Part shown: positions 62,301-64,000 of the stretch, piece by piece
Layout of the letters: each line of letters begins with the position of its first letter
Position numbering within the stretch: the first letter of the stretch is position 1
Origin: an uncultured Gammaproteobacteria bacterium
GTDB lineage: Bacteria > Patescibacteriota > Microgenomatia > Levybacterales > UBA12049
Length of the DNA stretch: 64,000 bases
Direction: 5' to 3'
Assembly: GCA_965230895.1 (NCBI GenBank)
Contig: OZ246394.1
Coordinates: 1,249,887-1,313,886 of the forward strand
Notes under the pieces: model-generated
Database searches by the model: none
What the model saw: the letters and a program-made list of their open reading frames with translations, nothing else
Told to the model about the DNA's origin: nothing
Program-made: the position numbers and the translations under genes

Positions 62301-64000
62301 CGGTGAATGAAGTTGCATTAGCGAAGTTGATTGTCGCGTTGTTGATGTTTGCAGTACCAGTTGTCGCGCCTATGTTCACTGAAGTAGCAGCACCACCAAC
62401 ATTCAATGTAGTTGCGTTTGTATTGAAGACATTTGCAGTTGCATTTGTTGTTGAGAGTGTACCGCCATTTGCAGCGACATTTCCTGATGTTGTGATGTTG
62501 CCAGTTGCAGTGATTGTACCGTTTGTTGAAACGTTTCCGTTAGAACCGATTACTGAGAAGTTTGTTCCTGTGATGTCATTTGCACCAAATGCCAATGCAG
62601 TTCCGATTTCAGCATCTGAGACATCAATTGCAGTAGTAATTCCGCCAGCAGCTGATTGGATTCGAAGGCCAGTTGCCAATGCTTCATTAGCGTCTGCGTT
62701 TTCGATCATTACTAATTGAGCTGGGTTCGTTGTATTTGTACCATCAGCCAAACCGAAGTATGAAGATCCAGTTGATCCTGCATTTGTGATAACTGAGAAG
62801 TTCGCATCAGTTGTTGTATTTTCGAGAGTGAATGAGATGTCTCGTCCGTCTGTTGAATTGATAGTGTTTCCGCCGTTGTATGCAGATTGCAATGTGATTG
62901 AAGCAGCAGAACATTTAACGATGTTGTCTGAACCATCAATACAAATGGTACTTCCAGTTGCAGTTTGGAGACCTGAAACGTTCAAGAATGAATCAGCATC
63001 TGTTTGGATGTTTACGTCATTTGTTCCTGATGGAGCAAATGTTGCTGAACCACTTGCATTGAATGCTTGTCCAGATGAAACTGTTGCGCCGCCATTGAAT
63101 GTAGACAAACCTGTTGCTGTTGTCGTCCCACCGATTGTGACATTATTATTAATTGCAGTTGTTCCAGTATTTGCACCGATATTCAATGTTGTTGCAGCAC
63201 CTGCAAAGTTAACTGTAGTAGCAGTTGTGTTGAAGAGGTTAGTTGTTGTTTGGTTGGTTGCGATTGTGCCACCGTTTGCATTGATTGTTCCACCAGTTGT
63301 TACGTTACCCGTTAATGTAGAAGTTCCATCAATTGTGAGACTTCCATTTGATTGGATATCTCCATTAGCTGAAAGGGTAGTGCCAGTTGAACCATAACCA
63401 CCACCGATTGCATTGGATGCAAATGTTGCAGCAGCATTTGGAGCAGTAAATGAAGTTGCATTCGCAAAGTTGATTGTAGAGTTGTTGATGTTTGCAGTGC
63501 CAGTTGCTGCACCGATGTTAACAGTTGTAGCAGCACCACCAACATTCAAAGTTGTAGCGTTTGTATTAAAGACATTTCCAGTTGATTGTGTTGTTGCCAA
63601 TGTTCCTGAATTTGCATTGATATTTCCTGTTGCTGTAATTGTTCCAGCAGTTGCAACATTACCACTCGCACCAGTGACTGAGAAGTTAGTTCCAGTGATA
63701 TCATTTGCACCGAATGAAAGTGCAGTACCGATTTCAGCATCGCTGACATCGATTGCAGTAGTAATACCGCCAGCAGCTGATTGGATTCGGAGACCAGTTG
63801 CCAATGCTTCATCAGTGTCCAAGTTTTCAACCAAAACTAATTGGTTTGGTGAAGTTGTATTTGTACCATTTGCCAAACCAAAGTATGAGTATCCAGTTGA
63901 ACCAGCAGCTGATGTTACTGAGAAGTTTGCATCAGTTGTTGTATTTGTCAAAGTGAATGCGATATCTCGGCCATCTGTTGTGTTAATTGTATTGCCGCCA
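44311..64000 (-). CDS. Giant (>6,560 aa, 5' end beyond the window) Thr/Gly/Asn/Ala-rich tandem-repeat surface or adhesin-like protein with a non-repetitive C-terminal region
   Basis: A single uninterrupted minus-strand ORF of 19.7 kb runs off the window end. My translation of 63952..64000 continues the repeat (GGNTINTTDGRDIAFTLTNTT), so there is no start in the window. There are at least 16 GGGYGSTG motifs, about 12 L-C-x-DGSNNV-x-x-C motifs, and a unit period of about 330-480 aa built from ~110-aa sub-repeats. The C-terminal ~1,400 aa holds a jelly-roll-like segment, two paralogous ~135-aa modules, a coiled coil and a Pro/Thr linker. Confidence 0.85.
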   Translation of the reverse strand, partial: GGNTINTTDGRDIAFTLTNTTTDANFSVTSAAGSTGYSYFGLANGTNTTSPNQLVLVENLDTDEALATGLRIQSAAGGITTAIDVSDAEIGTALSFGANDITGTNFSVTGASGNVATAGTITATGNINANSGTLATTQSTGNVFNTNATTLNVGGAATTVNIGAATGTANINNSTINFANATSFTAPNAAATFASNAIGGGYGSTGTTLSANGDIQSNGSLTIDGTSTLTGNVTTGGTINANGGTIATNQTTTNLFNTTATTVNFAGAATTLNIGANTGTTAINNNVTIGGTTTATGLSTFNGGATVSSGQAFNASGSATFAPSGTNDVNIQTDADSFLNVSGLQTATGSTICIDGSDNIVKCSAASITLQSAYNGGNTINSTDGRDISFTLENTTTDANFSVITNAGSTGSSYFGLADGTNTTNPAQLVMIENADANEALATGLRIQSAAGGITTAIDVSDAEIGTALAFGANDITGTNFSVIGSNGNVSTNGTITATGNITTSGNVAANGGTLSTTNATANVFNTNATTLNVGGAATSVNIGATTGTANINNATINFANATSFTAPNAAATFDSIAVGGGYGSTGTTLANNGNISANGNLVIDGTSTLTGNVTTTGDIAVNGGDLTSSAGTFNLLNTGVTTLNVGGATTAYTIGGTSATGTIRGTTINFPNATTIDASLAAASLDSTTIGGGYGSTGVSISNTGNIQANGNLTVDGTSTLTGDVTTAGDVAVNGGDVTTTAGTANVFNTNATTVNVAGAATSVNIGAGSGTTTVNNALTVDDLATLNGGATVATGETFTANGQSTFSPDSTNGITFNTDADSFFTLNGLGTGTGDNLCLDGSNNVVVCTTTAGTLQSAYDAGNTITTTNNRNIGFTLADTATDSNFTVTTAAGSTGYSYFGLADGSNAAPANQLVLIENNDTNEAIAAGIRIQSAAGGITTALDVSDAEIGTALSFGANDITGTNFSVTGSNGNVSTGGTITATGNINANSGTLATTQTTGNLFNTTATTLNVGGAAATLNIGATTGTANIRNATINFANATSFTAPQAAATFDSIQIGGGYGSTGTTLSNGGNIQANGTLTVDGTSTLTGNVTAGADLAVNGGDITTSQTTASLFNATATTVNIAGAGTSVNIGAGSGTTNVNNNLLIDGTTTSTGLATFNAGATVATGQTFSANGQSTFSPDGTNDINITTDADSFLNVSGLTTAAGDNICIDGSNNIVICSTAAVTLQGAYDGGNEIVTTDGRDIDFTLDNTTTDANFTVTTAAGSTGYSYFGLADGSNAAPAGQLVLIENNDANETLAAGLKIQSAAGTITNAIDLSDAEIVNALSLGANNVTATNFSIDGSNGNITTAGNVAVNGGSLTTTAGTANVFNANATTLNVGGAATSVNIGATTGTANINNATVNFGNATSFTAPNAAATFASTAIGGGYGSTGVSISNTGNIQANGTLTVDGISTLTGNVTAGGDIAVNGGDITTNQTTASLFNATATTLNIGNAATTVSLGASTGTTTVNNALTATGLITANAGATVATGQTFNANGQSNFSPDGTNDINITTDTDSFLNISGLTTPVTAGSQLCVDGSNNVTKCSANTTTLQSAYNGGNTINTTDARDIAFTLANTTTDSNFSVTTADGSTGYSTFTRANGAGTSDPAQLILVDNLDTDRAVAAGIKIQAAAGGITNALDLSDPEIVNALSLGANDVTATNFSITGSNGNITTAGNVAVNGGSLTTTAGTANVFNANATTLNVGGAATTVNIGANSGTATINNATLSLPNATAINATGATANVDAVNVGGGYGSTGATIANNGNISANGDLTIDGTSTLTGNVTAAGDVAVNGGDITTSASTMNIANTNATTLNVGGAATDVNIGAGTGTTTLNNNLNVNMVDNNANALDIQQGTNNYINVNTTDGAENISFGNTTTNPTYSFLGTGASTFTGNINANSGTIATSQTTGNLFNTTATTLNIGGAATSLTLGATTGTANIRNATINFANATSFTAPQAAATFDSIQIGGGYGSTGTTLSNTGNIQANGTLTIDGVSTLTGNVTAGADVAVNGGDLTTNQTTASLFNGTATTLNIGGAATTVSLGAGSGTTTVNNALTATGLATFNGGATIPSGQTLTANGTSTFTPNGTNDITFATDADSTFILTGLGTASGTALCLDGSNNVVQCANATLNLQNAYVGGNTIDTTDARDIAFTLTNTATDSNFTVTTADGSTGTSIFARANGAGTSDPAQLILVDNLDTDRAVAAGIRIQSAAGGITNALDLSDPEIVNALSLGANDVTATNFSITGSNGNITTSGTITATGNINANSGTLATNQTTANLFNTNATTLNIGGAATTYTLGATSATGNIRGTTINFPNATTIDGTSATAGFDTLNVGGGYGSTGATLSNAGNIQANGNLTIDGTSTLTGNVTATGDVAINGGDLTSSAGTFNLLNTGVTTLNVGGAATALNLGAATGTTNIKNDLLIDGTTTATGLATFNAGATVATGQSFTANGASTFAPDSTNDITFTTDTDSTIILNGLGTTTGTPLCLDGGNNVVQCANATLSLQNAYAGGNTITTTDARDIAFNLANTSTDSNFTVTTAAGSTGYSYFGLANGTNTTPPAQLVMVENLDTNEAVPAGIKIQSAAGGITTALDVSDAEIGTALSFGANDITGTNFSVTGSNGNVSTSGTIGATGNITTAGDVAVNGGDVTSSATTFNLLNSGVTTLNIGGAANTYTIGGTGATGNIRGTTINFPNATTIDGTSATAGFDVVNAGGGYGSTGVTLGSTGNIQANGTLTIDGTSTLTGNVTTAADVAVNGGDLTTNQTTASLFNGTATTLNIGGAATTLNLGANTGTATINNATISLPNATVINATGATANIDTLNVGGGYGSTGMTVSNAGNIQTNGTLTVDSTSTLTGNVTAASDIAVNGGDLTTTAGTFNLINGTATTLNIGGAATTVALGAGTGITTLNNNLVANVVDGNANALDIQEGSNNYINLNTTNGAENLAFGNTITNPTFSFLGTGASTFSGNINANSGTINTNQTTANLFNTNATTLNVGGAATTLNIGATTGTANIRNATINFANATSFTAPQAAATFDSIQIGGGYGSSGTTITNAGDINMNGNLGVDGAATVSGTLTATGNINANSGTINTTQTTANLFNTTATTLNVGGAATALNLGATTGTTTVRNALTVGNNSTFTTAGAVSFSPNSTNDVTINTDADSTLVLTGLQSLTGTALCIDGSNNVGTCNSASQGLQAAYNNGNTITTTNNRDISFTLADTATDSNFSVTTADNSSSYSVFARANGAGTNDPTQLVLIDNLDADRILPVGLKIGSSGGAGVTTALDLSDASIVNALSLGANDVSATNFSITGSNGNITTAGDIAVNGGDLTTNQTTASLFNTTATTLNVGGAATTLNIGATTGTANIRNATINFANATSFTAPQAAATFDSVAIGGGYGSTGATISNAGNIQANGTLTVDGTSTLTGNVTATGDIALNGGDLTTTSGTATLFNTGATTLNVGGAATTVSLGAATGTTTVNNNLSIGNNSSLTSTGAVSFTPASTSDITINTDADSTLVLTGLQSVAGSTLCVDGSNNVGTCSAASFSLQAAYNAGNTIATTDARDIGFTLADTTTDSNFTITTADGSTGYSAFTRANGAGTADPNQLILVDNLDTNRAVAAGIKVQAAAGGITNALDLSDAEIVNALSLGANDITATNFSLTGSNGNLSTNGSIAANGGTISTNQTTFNLVDATATTVNFAGAATTLNIGGASGTATINNQTVSLPNATALNASGATLTIDAATIGGGYGSTGVSVSNAGNIQANGTLTVDGASTLTGNITSSGDLALNGGDLTTTFATATLFNTNATTLNIGNAATTVSLGATTGTTTVRNALTVANNSALTTTGAVSFSPNSTNGVTIATDSDSFLTISGLTTASGAQPTLCVNGSNQVVKCDLTANASLQAAYDNGNTITTTNNRNIGFTLADTATDANFNITTADGSTGGTVFARANGAGSADPSQLVLIDNADADRILPTGLKIGSTGGAGVTTALDLSDASIVTALSLGANDVSASNFSISGANGNITTAGNVAVNGGTLSTTATTGSLFDTNATTVTMGSAATSITTGATNATQNIRGTTINFPNATSITANSAALNISSTAIGGGYGSTGVSVSSAGDVQANGNLTVDGTSTLTGAVTASNGVTINGASTSDLISSKTTANLFNTTATTVNVGGAATTMTLGATTGTTTVRNALTVGNNSTFTTAGAVSFSPNSTNDITFATDADSTLILTGLQSVAGTTLCLDGSNNVGTCNASSLNLQTAYNNGNTITTTDARNIGFTLADTATDSNFAVTTADGSTGFSTFSRANGAGTSDPAQLILIDNADTNRAVPTGLKVTSSGGGGVTTGLDVSDASITTGIALGASNLSATNFSITGSTGNITTSGDLAVNGSDITTSGTGTATVFNTNATTLNMGGAATAYTIGATNATGNLRGTTINFNNATTISALTAAFNADSLSIGGGYGSTGVSVSNTGNIQANGTLTVDGTSTLTGNVTATGDVAVNGGDITTTAGTFNLVNANATTVNIGGAATTMAIGAAGGTATFNSSLTVASGQTFTANGQSNFSPSGTNGVTITSDADSFLTLNGLTTATGTGLCTNGSNQVVTCAAASQSLQSAYDNGNAITTTNNKDIAFTLADTTADSKFTVTTATGSTGGIEISRANGAGTADPTQLVLIQNQDTDRALPIALRIVGTPSGNVTTALDVSNADIGTALSIGANDIAGTNFSVNGANGDITSGGDAALNGGDLTTTAGTASLFNTGATTLNIGGAATTYTLGATNATGNIRGTTINFPNATSIAATSATAGFDTVNVGGGYGSTGVSISNAGNIQANGTLTVDGISTLTGAVTASSGLTIDGTTQSTLTAAKATANLFNTTATTLNIGGAATTVSLGAATGTTTVNNGLTVAGTLTANGIANIGDGGDAITASGTTVTLTANGAGNDITANLVDNNTDALDIQEGANNYININTTNGTENISFGNGSTNPSYSFLGTGNTTMTGDLIVNGGDLYATSGTTVNLFNTVQTSTLNIGGGASTLSIGASGSTTTINGGLTVSGATSNFASTAFNLTGNNPIFDLSGTGTLGINTTNNRAITFGSGTFTINSNTISLAGNAPALGVTTAATPLSINAGTTGNIRIGNVSTGNIELAGGTGTTGCTVFNANGNLTCDGIVTSNGLTVTGTTLINSTGTAATTIGNNTGALTLHGPTSLDNTLTINSGTTNVSGLRISQVTTAQTATGAFTSILGVDGSGNIGLASLNTAITNAALAYWDGVNDPTTGSQADPVPTLSGNASYVGGGNGVRLTSNANNQNGSINWDFNQLPYEHIQFNFKAGGGTGADGTWFYSYANAVPTTEYGAGMTQGYIIYFSEYGAGSGNDCIGITYGPFTDGRQCTTGGGAGNPLAVAVLPNGTIDTNQFKQADIIIRGNEIVVRIDGQPVLNYRDVYTRNLYNPDNTKFGFGARTGGSNNNHYIKGLVVGKTGTVMSDFGINNITPIGNGLYWNIVNPAMGSTSTTQTGQLGINTYTPGAALDVASSSTTQPIVNVNGTTSGTALVVNNAGTGPLMELKDSGTSVFTVANAGNVTIGASTGTGLTFSNTNITNDIQLQNGETIDNNTNGVVNINGTLMIDLASGSSDEALCGENGNGITTNVLIRDCTSTPAADYMEMYSVDDDIETGDIVAPGSTYITTKDGERVSKLVKTTSEYQSSTIGIVSNPDNAGDFNSIGHNIEEADRPMPIALNGRVPVKISASSPAIQTGDFVTTSAESGKGMKATQKGFIVGKALEDWDPNSGKTTVMVYVVNAYADPNAVPEYSGLGAWTHNGNFDILGDLTASSAAFGDVTASGSVKTPLLDLLSGSIQGINGDVISKLASDYTGIDTNKFMWKNAANQELFSIDSTGNATLSGTLTTNGGNYDLAEDYGTQDDSLQAGDVLSIDQNVDENVKKSEGTYDTTIIGVYSEKPGFRLSQNEQMISGGKAVPVALAGRVPVKVSTENGQIKKGDYLTSSSVAGIAMKATKPGQVIGKALEDFTGTGVGKVMTFVNITFADPSNKLAILTDEETIETGDVVLPSNMQIDGQVVNGSLADAFLAVNNSLTNKTTAISSLQASAISLEEKTNQLDSRLTNLESQEASKAAALAAAQQKAEEAASNAAILGDKVASTDAQLANLEQQLAEINNASNSADLASLSQRLDDLIASLNVSATPTPTSGVGSPSATPTASESAEPTPSAEDLTSPDLLIATNSASPTDNAIFATATISGEFTAYTATVQDTFKSFGKSYLGDTTISGDIMVTGKTTLEDTNVAGVLTVDDRINVGGTLSVTENEISVFGSPIENGQEPTDGILFLQKSPLANLLDIFNGAMIIDKNGSMITKGNIVAKNVETKENIKVGGNIDLAGAITITAKAGEDIKKGDALYISATKEVMIADATDEAKTVVVGIAASDAQAGKDVTIIIGGKANVLNNLEVGKQYFLGVSGALTDEAPANAVKEVPVGIAFSETEMIMQIGIEKPQELSSATPLE
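48800..64000 (-). repeat. In-frame hierarchical tandem DNA repeats (about 1.0-1.4 kb units) inside the giant gene
   Basis: Near-identical nucleotide blocks recur (for example ...ggttgaaccgtatccgccaccgat..., ...gcagcgccaccgatattcaatgt...). The mirror-image plus-strand pseudo-ORFs (VVAAPP.FNVVA...) repeat at the same period. Boundaries are approximate. Confidence 0.7.

Noticed and set aside
44669-63397. Dozens of plus-strand ORFs (60-474 aa, many with recurring VVAAPP.FNVVA and PVAVTLPVNVEVPS motifs) across the giant-gene region
   Set aside because: They are the antisense mirror of the in-frame tandem repeats of the 19.7-kb minus-strand ORF. Their periodicity copies the repeat period and none is longer than one repeat unit. 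They are spurious.
48800-64000. Highly regular direct DNA repeats, which could be mistaken for a CRISPR array or satellite
   Set aside because: The units are 1.0-1.4 kb and sit in-frame within one continuous ORF. There are no short 24-48 bp repeats with unique spacers and no cas genes.
44311-64000. Horizontal-transfer inference from the visibly higher GC of the giant gene
   Set aside because: The GC rise is explained by the amino-acid composition (Thr ACN, Gly GGN, Ala GCN codons). Third-position usage still looks A/T-biased like the rest of the window.

Overview
This 64-kb window reads as a low-GC, compact genome with standard genetic code. From gene content and architecture I infer a Patescibacteria/CPR-like organism (possibly Saccharibacteria-like or Microgenomates-like); no search confirms this.

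The window opens in the origin-proximal region. A truncated dnaA sits on the minus strand, followed by a divergent rpmH-rnpA-yidD-yidC-jag operon, and there is a perfect DnaA box in the short dnaA/rpmH spacer.

Housekeeping genes follow (pgk, valS, rplY/ctc, ruvC, ruvA-ruvB, comM, dnaG-rpoD, a P-type ATPase, tRNA-Asn). Interspersed are envelope and secreted proteins: an O-antigen-ligase-like protein, DUF4012, DUF2207, a CAP domain protein, a Gmad2-like protein, two DedA proteins, and a TPR membrane protein.

The last third of the window (44311 to the window end, minus strand) is one uninterrupted ORF of more than 6,560 codons that continues beyond the window. It encodes a giant Thr/Gly/Asn/Ala-rich protein built from at least 15 hierarchical tandem repeats, with a non-repetitive C-terminal region of about 1,400 aa. 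This is the most striking element and is a plausible host-attachment or surface fibre.

Other items worth a second look:
- a bacterial SET-domain lysine methyltransferase next to a truncated IS1595-family transposase N-terminal fragment;
- a 650-bp gene-free, hairpin-rich interval (5349-6004) that could hold a structured RNA or a MITE;
- a consistent leaderless-mRNA promoter architecture (extended -10 TGnTAYAAT about 7-8 nt upstream of the start codon);
- a tRNA-Asn-adjacent islet of ArsR/VOC/SRPBCC/DUF2277 genes that, unlike the core genes, carry strong Shine-Dalgarno sites;
- tandem divergent class-A beta-lactamase-fold paralogs plus an S51 peptidase immediately upstream of the giant gene.

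No CRISPR array, prophage, rRNA or recognisable defence system was seen. The ORF track evidently translates GTG/TTG starts as M.
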